IMG/VR virus record: IMGVR_UViG_3300025703_000007
Span: 1 to 52,540 of that record
Strand: one strand, 5' to 3'
DNA: 52,540 nt
From: a virus
Lineage: Duplodnaviria; Caudoviricetes
Within the stretch, counting starts at the first letter, position 1. The number at the start of each line of letters is the position of its first letter. Shown one piece after another: positions 45,201-52,540 of the stretch. The position numbers and the translations under genes were made by a program. The notes under the pieces were generated by a model that saw nothing but the letters and a program-made list of their open reading frames with translations, made no database searches and was not told the DNA's origin.

Positions 45201-46082
45201 ATCACCGATCGTGCTTCCTGACTTGTCCATCGCCGCGCTGAAAACGTCAGGCGTGAGGCGCGTGGCGGTGCTGTCGGGATCAACCATCTTGGCAAGCGCG
45301 CCATTGAAAGCATCCGCACGCACATCTGCCTGAGAGCCGCTTGCCGGAATTTGCTCGCTAAGCTGCCCGAGCTTTTTCATGAACGGGTTTTTAACGAGCT
45401 GATCCGGCCGATACGGGATACCAAGCTCATCGCCAGTTGCTGCAACTTGAGCGATGCCCGGCTCGACCTTTGGAAGCACCGCGGCTGCAGCATCCGCTGC
45501 TTTGTCACCGACTGCCGAAACCGCTTGACTAACCGCGGGTTTCACGGTTGTATCGATCACGGGTGCCGCAGCACCGTGAATTTGCGCAAGCTCCGCACCG
45601 TGGCCGATCAACGGCGTGGCAGCTTCCATCGCCGGGGCGACCACATTCTCGACATCGGATTGCCCGGCTGCGGTACGCGGCTGATATGTCAGTTTTTGCG
45701 CACCTTCAGTTGCGGCTTGCTCGATCTGATCACCCGCGGCTTGAGTGCCAAATTGCCCTGTCGCAAGTGAGCCTGCTAAGCCGCCAATTGCCCCGCCCGC
45801 CATCCCGATCGCGCCGCCCGTGAGCTGGGTTACCAGGTTGAGCCCAGCCTCGACACCCCCAACAATTTTTTGCGTAAACGTAGACGGCTGAGCTGGCGCA
45901 GGTGCAGCTTGTTGCGCGGGCGGCGCAGGGATCGACCCCGGCGCCATGCCGGGGATTGCGTTGATGCCCGCCGCGGCTGGCCCTGCCGGTGCGCTGTACT
46001 GCGCCCAAGGGCCAGAATTATCCTGACCGGGGTCCGCCGTTGCCGTCGGAGCTGCCGCATACGACTCCCACGGGCCGCTCAC
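42204..46082 (-). CDS. Large internal virion/ejection protein, polyvalent-protein-like
   Basis: 1292 aa; GPWxxY N-terminal repeats, SGTAER motif, GEATEI repeats, FYSPL..GVKPEEIEWSG domain, HELGEH. Confidence 0.7.
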   Translation of the reverse strand: MSGPWESYAAAPTATADPGQDNSGPWAQYSAPAGPAAAGINAIPGMAPGSIPAPPAQQAAPAPAQPSTFTQKIVGGVEAGLNLVTQLTGGAIGMAGGAIGGLAGSLATGQFGTQAAGDQIEQAATEGAQKLTYQPRTAAGQSDVENVVAPAMEAATPLIGHGAELAQIHGAAAPVIDTTVKPAVSQAVSAVGDKAADAAAAVLPKVEPGIAQVAATGDELGIPYRPDQLVKNPFMKKLGQLSEQIPASGSQADVRADAFNGALAKMVDPDSTATRLTPDVFSAAMDKSGSTIGDIADSTPVPLDAKLTDALDSFQKDQTDVPEVQAVTDKYIDQFKAAAGDDDGVIPGDVWRKLNTKLSTQIRNTSDPALRGPLSDLQDIWMDGLQRNLSDDDTDAFQAARQQYAIGKTIEPLVAANVSNGGVIPPSSLLSVLTNTKAGKSRVAKGNAGSLGDLATFGKLLQEPGTSGTAERQLLYHLGEKAAAFGAAGAAAGPTHGASVALPFLAANIYNRAGPAVARAMVRRALRGTARAADDVEPDVTPPTASGGDSGGPSTPPPMPPPEAPAGAGPSFAAAQEILADPTQPLAVKQVVQDHVKALKVEADKQAAAAATESDAAAMETAARQTSDSALQARLLKQADKLRGTEPIPVGKAVEGQPEIKAEAPKAPLPVAEAREQFEPPAGEATEIAPEQVEPAEPPIETGEATEIEPEQVKPARAPPPPIRAGEATEIEPEHVEAAEPPVETGEATELSPEEYVKAERAWRAQFRLGDDDAGRARNVAQALRYDADATEAAVQQHERSPRAFDRAIADIIDEGKNRENETQRAASSGQSDAGASAVAGKTVSAGGADTGGDAAAPVRAERATDTQSGSTPVSGELGGDGAVSAAQRGAEANLERNPVSAVRAAEQQPGADGARSTESGSRPANAAGRQVTNDVGDQNGANPESRDQPRGVQQKVGEKSTDEAYSLEKKKAQTFYSPLSRAVENLKQGKGTPNDWGNILRGLKGVKPEEIEWSGVNDWLKAQGKQVTKQEVLNYLKEGGVPLFKQTGQTSKPVGSPAVLDNVLRDKFGDKLIQGLQDQGVLKYANSAAEGMTGRKAGVKAVMRERGRPAATLYYDRVNAAEAPAILMHELGEHFGTMRLLGPDRYYTMLKELAQQHARGDAEVKEAWNTVKASYIGKDSATGLTEGDPNFLCEVAAHLVENHPDLPFVRRLINEVRAFFYEHFGTTLGNRADADLIRTMAVSALRKASKGDLPSMNKPLQMGIPKDEHRRFMATLPPIAARAALRSRPTQ
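43805..44150 (-). repeat. Coding repeat (P)xxGEATE(I/L)xPE, four good plus two degenerate copies
   Basis: Translation of 42204-46082. Confidence 0.8.
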
Positions 46083-48601
46083 TGCACTCGCTCCCAGCTA
46101 GTTTGCTGCGCCGGGTCGCCGCCCTTGAACCGGTAACCTTGCTGCACGGTGCCAATTGACGGGCCGCTAGATGCTGGCCGCGGCAAACCTGTTCCTGAGC
46201 CGCCCCCGCCCGCAGGGAACGCCGCACGCGAAGCCGGGGTAAGAAACGTGGTTGCAAAATCCTTGCGACCTTGTCCTGCGGTGTAACCTTGCGCCAGTCC
46301 GTTGAGTTGACCACCTATGAATTTTGTGGCCGTATCGATCCAACCCGTGAGCTGCGCCGGACTTTGCGAGTTCTTAATACCCGCAACGATGGCCTCGCGA
46401 TCAGACTGCGCGCCAGCGCCCCCGGTCCCGATCGCAGCTTTAAGAACTTCATCCCCGACAAACTGCTTCGCCATGTCGAAATTGGTCGGCGCGGGTTGAC
46501 CTGTCGCAGAAGCAAATTGATTAGCAATTTGATTGATCATCGGCGTACTACCGTTCTGCAAGGCTCCGGCCAAAGTACGCAACGTTGCCAAGTGGTCGGA
46601 AGCGACATTAAGCGACCGGATGGCCTTAGCCGGTGTACCGTTACCGGTGTAAGCAGCCTCCGTCTTAGTTTGGACTTTCTGATCATTTGAGTTGTAGCTG
46701 GTGCCGTCACCTGATTGCACACCTAGCGCATTCTTATACCGAGCGGCCAGTGCAACAATATTGGCTTTCTGGTTTTGCCGCGTGCTGATAACACTCGGAT
46801 CGATCGAACCATCGGCCACGCCTTTGACCAATGCGAGGTCATCTTTTGACAAGCCTGCAAGCACGCCGTCGGGGGTATCCGGACTGGATGACGCTGGGCC
46901 TCCCAATCCCGTACCGCTCGCTGCACCGAGGGCAGAAACTTTCACGAGTCCAGTGGCAACGCCCGTGGCCTTTGCTTTGTCAGCAGCGCTGAGACTTGAG
47001 GCGTTAATGGCATCGAGTTTTGCTTGCAACCCCGTGGCCGCGCCTTTGCCTTCTAACTGCTGAGCTGCTTGCGAAAACGAAATGTTGTTCGCAGTTGCAA
47101 ACTTGTTGATCGCGTTAATTTTGAGCGTCGTCGGATCGGTAGCGCCGGCCGGCAACAATGCTTTCGGGTCACCGTGCATCGCGTAGTATGAATTCACGAA
47201 CGACGTGGAACCGGTGCCGAGATCTTGTAGCCCTTGCTGAATTTTCGCTTTCGCAGCCGGCGTGTTCGCCCACGCTTCGAGCGTACCGAGCTTGCCCACG
47301 CGGTCCATCGCATCCGACATATCGAAGCCAGGCGACACAGGGTCGTTTGGATCGGTACTGCGCCCGTCGGTTACCGGTGCGTGATAGGTTACTTGCGTGC
47401 CATCAGGGTGTTGCGCAGTGACTTGCAAAACAGGGATGACTTTGTTCGGGTCCGTGCTGCTGCCCAAAGGCGGTGCTGCGGCCGTTTGTGGCGCTACATA
47501 CGCCGACGGGTTGTTAATCGAAGGAGCCGCTGGCGCAGATGTAGGAGGAGCCGCTGCTGAAGGATCGGCAGCAGGAGACATCCCCGTACCAGTCGTTGGC
47601 GGCGTGTCCGCGGGTGCTGTGGCCGGCCCAGCGGATGCCGCGGCGCTCGTGGCATCCGGCGCTACGTACGCCGACGGGTTGTTGACCGGCGCCGCTGGTG
47701 CTGCTGCCGGCGGCAAGTTGGGGGCAACGTAAGCCGAGGGGTTGTTAACGTCATTCGTACTGCTGATCGGCGGCGCGCCCGGAGTCGTCGCAGCAGTTAA
47801 CGCGGCCGTCAAGCCCTGCACGGGGTTGGCTTGCATCGCCGTCTGCGCAGGCGTAGCTTGAGGCTGCTGCGGCGCGGGCACGAGCGCAGCGAGCTGCTTA
47901 TTGACGATCGTCGACCCGTCGGGAGCGACATGCCCGACACCGGCCCCGACCTCGGGGGCTAACAGCGTGTTGGCACCCTGCACCGTCAACGACTGGTTGC
48001 CCGTTTTAATGCCCGCTGTTGCGTCGGCGATACCTTGGCCGACAGTCGAGTTGCCGCCATTCGCAGGCCGCAAAAAATCAGTCGCGGGTCGCAACGTTGA
48101 GCCTTGGATGAGCCGCACCGTGTCGGCAGGGCTCAAATCATCCATGCTCATTTGCCCCGTTGCAATGCGCGACGCAGTATCTTGCGCCCACTGCTGTTCC
48201 TGCTTCACTGCAGGGGCGTAGCGTTGCTGCAGGATGGCTGCGCGGCGAGATCCAATCTCGTTGGCCTTGGCGGCATACGCAGTACCGACACTCGCCGGGA
48301 TATTCGCCATTCCGCCGTACTGCTGTGCAAGGCCGGCGCCAGTTACAGCTTGATCCGACATTTCTTGATTGACGGCATTCAACGCACGATCAGAGTCCTG
48401 CTCATCGTTCGTGCGTTGGGTCTGTGCTTGCCGCTCGGCATCGAGCTGAGCATTGCGGGCGTTTATCGTTGCGGTTTGAGCTTTGCGGTCATTGTCCTCA
48501 TCGACTTCGCGACCCATTTGGAAACCGCTCATGATGCCCGACGCGGCAGCACCGCCTACACCAAGGCCCCCACCAAGGCCCCCACCCAATCCGTAAAGCA
48601 T
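46079..48601 (-). CDS. Internal virion/ejection protein
   Basis: 840 aa, Gly/Ala-rich N-terminus, C-terminal GYRFKGGDP..W motif. Confidence 0.7.
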   Translation of the reverse strand: MLYGLGGGLGGGLGVGGAAASGIMSGFQMGREVDEDNDRKAQTATINARNAQLDAERQAQTQRTNDEQDSDRALNAVNQEMSDQAVTGAGLAQQYGGMANIPASVGTAYAAKANEIGSRRAAILQQRYAPAVKQEQQWAQDTASRIATGQMSMDDLSPADTVRLIQGSTLRPATDFLRPANGGNSTVGQGIADATAGIKTGNQSLTVQGANTLLAPEVGAGVGHVAPDGSTIVNKQLAALVPAPQQPQATPAQTAMQANPVQGLTAALTAATTPGAPPISSTNDVNNPSAYVAPNLPPAAAPAAPVNNPSAYVAPDATSAAASAGPATAPADTPPTTGTGMSPAADPSAAAPPTSAPAAPSINNPSAYVAPQTAAAPPLGSSTDPNKVIPVLQVTAQHPDGTQVTYHAPVTDGRSTDPNDPVSPGFDMSDAMDRVGKLGTLEAWANTPAAKAKIQQGLQDLGTGSTSFVNSYYAMHGDPKALLPAGATDPTTLKINAINKFATANNISFSQAAQQLEGKGAATGLQAKLDAINASSLSAADKAKATGVATGLVKVSALGAASGTGLGGPASSSPDTPDGVLAGLSKDDLALVKGVADGSIDPSVISTRQNQKANIVALAARYKNALGVQSGDGTSYNSNDQKVQTKTEAAYTGNGTPAKAIRSLNVASDHLATLRTLAGALQNGSTPMINQIANQFASATGQPAPTNFDMAKQFVGDEVLKAAIGTGGAGAQSDREAIVAGIKNSQSPAQLTGWIDTATKFIGGQLNGLAQGYTAGQGRKDFATTFLTPASRAAFPAGGGGSGTGLPRPASSGPSIGTVQQGYRFKGGDPAQQTSWERVQ

Positions 48602-48612
48602 ATCTCAGACTT

Positions 48613-49041
48613 TCAAAAAAGCTTGCTTGCAACCAAAGCACCAACAACGCCACCGATCAGCGTGCCCCACGGGCCGATCGCAGACCCCGACGTCGCGCCG
48701 CTTGCCGCCCCCGCCGCGGCGCCAGCAACACCTGTCGCGGCGGCAGTTGTCGCGGCGCCTGCTGCAGCCGCACCCCCTGCTGCAGCCGCCGTGCCGCCTA
48801 ACGAGGCGCTGAGCGCTGTGCCACCGAGTGCGCCTAGCGTTCCGCCAAGCTGTTCATTGCCGGCTTTAGCTTGCGCTGCAGCCACGGTGTTTTGTGCATT
48901 GCGCTGCGTCTCTTCGCCTGCCGCAGTTTGCAAGCCCTTATCTGCTTGATCCTCTTCAGACGAACCAAAAGCTGCGAGCGAAGGTGATCGGCCGCGGGTG
49001 CCGTAATTTGCAAGCGAAGGGCCGATCCCAAGTCCTGGCAT
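48613..49041 (-). CDS. Small ejection protein with Gly/Ala membrane-type segment
   Basis: GPWGTLIGGVVGAL; AAGGA RBS. Confidence 0.65.
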   Translation of the reverse strand: MPGLGIGPSLANYGTRGRSPSLAAFGSSEEDQADKGLQTAAGEETQRNAQNTVAAAQAKAGNEQLGGTLGALGGTALSASLGGTAAAAGGAAAAGAATTAAATGVAGAAAGAASGATSGSAIGPWGTLIGGVVGALVASKLF

Positions 49042-49042
49042 G

Positions 49043-49489
49043 TCAATTCGTTCCTTGTGGCGCAGGGTTTCCAAGTATCGATTGCTGGCGTTGCACCGTC
49101 AGGTCACGCGCAGTGTTTTGTGCTTGCACATCGGCGAGCGACTGCGTAAGCCCGAGGGACTTCGCGGACGCCGCTTGCTCATCGGGTGACAAGTTCACGC
49201 CAAGCGCACTCTCGCGTCGTTGCGTTGCGCCGGCTTGCGCAGCAAACGAAGAATTCACGTCTGCCCCGGCTTGCGACATCGCTGAAGTAACTTGCGTTGG
49301 ATCTTCCGCGTACTTAATCAAATTGTTTTCGATCGGTACGAACGTGTTGACATAGTTCGCCCACTGGTCCTTCGTGACCGCTGCAAGCGTATCGTTAGCG
49401 TAGCTGCTCGACCCCGGATTAAGTCCGTAAGGGTTGACAACCTGTGGCGAAGCATTGCCAGTAAGCGAAGAGGAAATGTTGTCAGACAT
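49043..49489 (-). CDS. Internal virion protein
   Basis: 148 aa helical Ala/Gln-rich; QWANYVNTFVPIEN. Confidence 0.6.
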   Translation of the reverse strand: MSDNISSSLTGNASPQVVNPYGLNPGSSSYANDTLAAVTKDQWANYVNTFVPIENNLIKYAEDPTQVTSAMSQAGADVNSSFAAQAGATQRRESALGVNLSPDEQAASAKSLGLTQSLADVQAQNTARDLTVQRQQSILGNPAPQGTN

Positions 49490-49491
49490 AA

Positions 49492-50130
49492 TCAGGGAAG
49501 GTACGCTGAAGGGTTGTTCACGCTGTTCGTATTGCTGATCGGCGGCGGGCTGCTGCCAAGGCTCCCGAAACCGCCTTTCAATCCTTGCTGCAGGCCAAAG
49601 CCCGCAACCTGGCCGGCGACCCCGCCCGTCTCCTCATGACTCATCAACGAGGCTTGTGCGTCAGCTGAAGCTTGCTGCCCGCTCTGCGCAGCTTGACTAC
49701 TTAAATTCGAACTGACTTGCGCGCTCTGACCTTGACCGAGCGCTGTAAGCGCGCCAAGACCCTGCGTATAAGCGTCATCGACCTGTTGGTCGGAAATCAT
49801 CTTTCCAAGACCTTTGGATGCCGCGGCATCGCCGCCCATACCGGCCGTTGCAAGGTCCGCGCGACCCGAACCCGGCGCGGCACCGTTGTTTGAGAGCGAA
49901 GCATTCAAGCCCGTTTGAGCTTTATCGAAGTCCATCGCAACGTCGGTCGTTGCTTTGCCTTGAGCAAGTTGCCGAGCATTGGAATTCTCAGGGCCTTCAG
50001 CCTCGATTTGAGAAGCAAGCTTTTGCTGGACCGGCAACCAACGTTGGTTATAGTCGGCCAGCATGTTGGCAGCATGGCTAGCTTGTGCTACCTGCGCTGA
50101 TGTCTGCTGCTGGCCTGCCTTCGATCCCAT
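49492..50130 (-). CDS. Internal virion protein
   Basis: MGSKAG start, Ala/Gln/Gly-rich, ends VNNPSAYLP. Confidence 0.6.
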   Translation of the reverse strand: MGSKAGQQQTSAQVAQASHAANMLADYNQRWLPVQQKLASQIEAEGPENSNARQLAQGKATTDVAMDFDKAQTGLNASLSNNGAAPGSGRADLATAGMGGDAAASKGLGKMISDQQVDDAYTQGLGALTALGQGQSAQVSSNLSSQAAQSGQQASADAQASLMSHEETGGVAGQVAGFGLQQGLKGGFGSLGSSPPPISNTNSVNNPSAYLP

Positions 50131-50527
50131 TTACGACTCTTTCAAAAGCGGTATACCGCACTCTCCACTCGGGATTGAGCACCTTATGCATCCCGGGTCT
50201 GAGAGTGTGAAACACCAGCCGCACGGCCCCCAGTTCCCTCGCTATTGCATCGAGGTGCGCATCGTTGCGCTGGATGGAGCCCCGCTCACCCCACGTTGCG
50301 GCCATGCGCACGAAGAGCTCGAGTTCACCGTTTCCGTAGCGATCGGGCTGCAGCTGAATCACCAGCAGCCCATCGTTCGAAACCAAACAAAGCGCCCGCC
50401 CTTCTCGGCAGCATTGGCGCAAATCGTCGCCTGCAGTATCGCAGGGATCAACACCCAAGACTAGTGGGCCAACACGGTGCCATTCGTGATCGATGTCCGC
50501 GAGTAGGAATGGCGTGCCAGAAATCAC
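50078..50527 (-). CDS. Virion assembly protein, possible GNAT fold
   Basis: AIARELGAVRLVFHTLRPG pattern; precedes ejection genes. Confidence 0.55.
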   Translation of the reverse strand: MISGTPFLLADIDHEWHRVGPLVLGVDPCDTAGDDLRQCCREGRALCLVSNDGLLVIQLQPDRYGNGELELFVRMAATWGERGSIQRNDAHLDAIARELGAVRLVFHTLRPGMHKVLNPEWRVRYTAFERVVNGIEGRPAADISAGSTS

Positions 50528-50529
50528 AA

Positions 50530-51690
50530 CTAAAACGTGTTCGAAACCTCGGCAAGTATCTGCCCTGTAGCCCCGAGGTTGATTGCCATGACCTCTCTGC
50601 CTGCTAAGCTGCCGGCCCCCTGATAGATTGTGTAATTTGTGAACGCTCTAGCATGCAGGGGGGCATAAACACCTTGCATATAACCCCGTGGCCCTTGCGT
50701 AGCTTCTGTAAGTGTTACTTGCGAGGTCCAAGCGTTACCGTCAACAGGCATTGGAAACGTCAACGGACCGTTACTTCCGCTTCCGATTTGTGCTCCTACA
50801 CCCGCCGAAATGGCGGTAACCGTTGTATTAGAGAATCTAGAATCCGCCACTTTGCCAGCTGTAACGGCCCCTGCAAGTTGCGAAAAACTGCGAACAAAGT
50901 AGTGTGTGTTGATCGCCCCCAAAGCCGAAACCGACGCTGTCGCAATAGCGACAGTATTACCGGAGGAATCCCCCGCGGCGCTCGATCCGAAGATATAAGT
51001 ACACCACGCGTCCCCGCTCTTCGTCGGGGTAGCATCCCCAAACGACATCAGCGTGCCTGATGAACTGTCGCCTGTGTAATCAGTAAAGCAATGGAAAACT
51101 GAACTGTTACCCCAAAGTATGGTACGCCGCGCTGTGACAGCGCTTGATTTTGACCAAAAATTGCCTCCCGATACCTGCGTAGCAAGGGGGAACCCATTCA
51201 CACCAGTGTTCACGTCGCTCATTGTTTCGTAACCGAGAAATCGCGCAGTGGTCGTTCCCGTATCGTCGATGCGAACTGGCAAGCGGTTCCCAGATGGTGC
51301 TTGATAGGCCCGTAAATTTGTACCTGTAAACTCAGTTGTATAACCAAGCGGTGCGACGATGCATGCGAGTGTCCCGGTTGCCGCCGATAACCCCGAGCTT
51401 AATATCGTAAATTGAAACGTATTTGATGAAGTAGACCCCGGTATGATTTGCCAAGTCCCGTTATACCCTGTTGGGGTCGCTCCGCTTATAGTGACAAACT
51501 GACGATCGCGGTATCCGTGTGAAACAAGAGTTGCGGTTACCGTCGTACCTACGCATATAAGGCTTGTTAGAGTCTTTGAGTTATAGCCGTTAACAAGAAC
51601 AGCGTCGAGAAAGGTGAGTAACGACCCGGCGACATTAGTCAGGCCGGCGAGTCCCGTATCTGTACTGTCGTAATAAGTAGAAAATGGCAT
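50530..51690 (-). CDS. Tail fibre/receptor-binding-associated protein
   Basis: AGSLLTFLDAVLVNGY, VTISGATPTGYNG, APLGY, GYETMSDVNTG, PRGYMQG. Confidence 0.65.
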   Translation of the reverse strand: MPFSTYYDSTDTGLAGLTNVAGSLLTFLDAVLVNGYNSKTLTSLICVGTTVTATLVSHGYRDRQFVTISGATPTGYNGTWQIIPGSTSSNTFQFTILSSGLSAATGTLACIVAPLGYTTEFTGTNLRAYQAPSGNRLPVRIDDTGTTTARFLGYETMSDVNTGVNGFPLATQVSGGNFWSKSSAVTARRTILWGNSSVFHCFTDYTGDSSSGTLMSFGDATPTKSGDAWCTYIFGSSAAGDSSGNTVAIATASVSALGAINTHYFVRSFSQLAGAVTAGKVADSRFSNTTVTAISAGVGAQIGSGSNGPLTFPMPVDGNAWTSQVTLTEATQGPRGYMQGVYAPLHARAFTNYTIYQGAGSLAGREVMAINLGATGQILAEVSNTF

Positions 51691-51693
51691 AAC

Positions 51694-51912
51694 TTACGCC
51701 TTTCCTCGATAATCAAGTGGACGAACAAGCTTGTCAGAGATCGTCGAAACCGACGATTTGCGCACCCCCACAAACGGTGCATGGACAAGGTTTGCTGAAT
51801 AAATAAGCACCGGCGGCGAAACTTTGAACCCCGACCCCCCCGTTGTCTGCCACGTGCCCGTGGGCCAACGCCGCAATGTTTGGGCGCTGTTAACTGCAGT
51901 AAGTGTTGTCAT
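51694..51912 (-). CDS. Small hypothetical tail-region protein
   Basis: 72 aa, ATGA-coupled. Confidence 0.45.
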   Translation of the reverse strand: MTTLTAVNSAQTLRRWPTGTWQTTGGSGFKVSPPVLIYSANLVHAPFVGVRKSSVSTISDKLVRPLDYRGKA

Positions 51913-52247
51913 GCGCCCTCAACTCCACTAATTCGAGCAGAAACAACGCTATTTCGGTCAGCAAATCCTTGAAGACTATCGCCTGCTGAAAGTACAGTAC
52001 TCAACGCGATAACTAACGTTGACCCTGCGTCTACTTTTTGTTGAGCTAGTATTTTGTTAGCTTGTCCAGGTGACCCGCCTGAAGGTACTGCGTAAAAAGT
52101 TACTAAACGTGATACCGCATCTGAATTACAAAGTATAATTTCTTTAGTTATAGATGCCGTAATTGCACCTCCTACCGTGTAAAACGTTACTATAGACGTG
52201 GTCAACGCCCCGTTGAAAAAAGAAACAGGCGTAAAAGCCAAGGTCAT
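51909..52247 (-). CDS. Small beta-sandwich tail-region protein
   Basis: FYTV..IILCN...LSAGDSLQGFA...ISGVE. Confidence 0.6.
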   Translation of the reverse strand: MTLAFTPVSFFNGALTTSIVTFYTVGGAITASITKEIILCNSDAVSRLVTFYAVPSGGSPGQANKILAQQKVDAGSTLVIALSTVLSAGDSLQGFADRNSVVSARISGVEGA

Positions 52248-52248
52248 T

Positions 52249-52540
52249 TTAAATACTCATCCAAAAAAGTGAAGCATCCGTTGCACTCCCCCCGCCTCCG
52301 CTACCGGGTGCCCAACCGATATCGGCGCCCGTGCTAGTCAGCACGTAACTTGAAGTTCCGGGGGGTAAAACAACCCAACTTCCATAAGCACGGTACAGCA
52401 ATGCCCCGTGACTTACTCCGAATACGTAATCCAAGTAATCTGAAAACACAACCCCACCAGGTTGTGCTGTGCTACCGCTTATATTAGCTAATAAATCGCT
52501 ATCTGCGATAGAAGGGAGAGAACCGCCAGAGGGAGGCGCC
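52249..52540 (-). CDS. C-terminal part of the repeat tail-fibre gene that begins at 1138
   Basis: Open to window end: APPSGGSLPSIADSDLLANISGSTAQPGGVVFSDYLDYVFGVSHGALLYRAYGSW...FWMSI. Confidence 0.85.
   Translation of the reverse strand, partial: APPSGGSLPSIADSDLLANISGSTAQPGGVVFSDYLDYVFGVSHGALLYRAYGSWVVLPPGTSSYVLTSTGADIGWAPGSGGGGSATDASLFWMSI

Noticed and set aside
48104-48949. Long plus-strand ORFs opposite structural genes (also 7319-7975, 13851-14594, 18419-19228) and minus-strand ORFs 22712-23599, 30495-31280
   Set aside because: Antisense shadows of well-supported genes in GC-rich DNA, no recognisable motifs
52408-52540. Match to positions 1-134 as a terminal direct repeat
   Set aside because: Identical for only about 40 bp then diverges with the protein conserved; it is a coding repeat unit, not a terminal repeat
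1-52540. Integrase, att site or host flanks indicating a prophage
   Set aside because: No recombinase motifs or bacterial housekeeping genes recognised

Overview
The window is an essentially complete, circularly permuted genome of a tailed dsDNA phage (~52.5 kb) with a podovirus-type gene set; a proteobacterial host is inferred, not shown. Both ends fall inside one tail-fibre-like gene built from 228-bp/76-aa tandem repeats, which probably explains the assembly break. Minus strand: terminases, portal, scaffold, capsid, adaptors and tail proteins (1-15.8 kb), primase-helicase and Cro-like regulator (17.7-21 kb), lysis, ejection and fibre genes (40.2-52.5 kb). Plus strand: small early genes, an APSE-like replication set (DUF2800-type nuclease, DUF2815-type SSB, family A polymerase, VRR-NUC, SNF2 helicase, HNH, DUF3310) and an Acb2-like anti-CBASS sponge. 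No integrase, tRNA or CRISPR array was seen. Most notable: (1) an eight-gene operon of five glycosyltransferase-like and three methyltransferase genes, with a candidate operator-overlapped leaderless promoter, that could build a Kdo/heptose-type methylated glycan; (2) accessory genes repeatedly flanked by 12-18 bp direct repeats of the stop/RBS/start junction, suggesting gene accretion at translation starts; (3) three structured C4/IsrK-like ncRNA candidates; (4) a five-site palindromic operator; (5) short peptide tags shared between otherwise dissimilar proteins (NNPSAY in ejection proteins, C-terminal D-L-T in replication proteins). All family calls come from motif recognition by eye; no searches were run.
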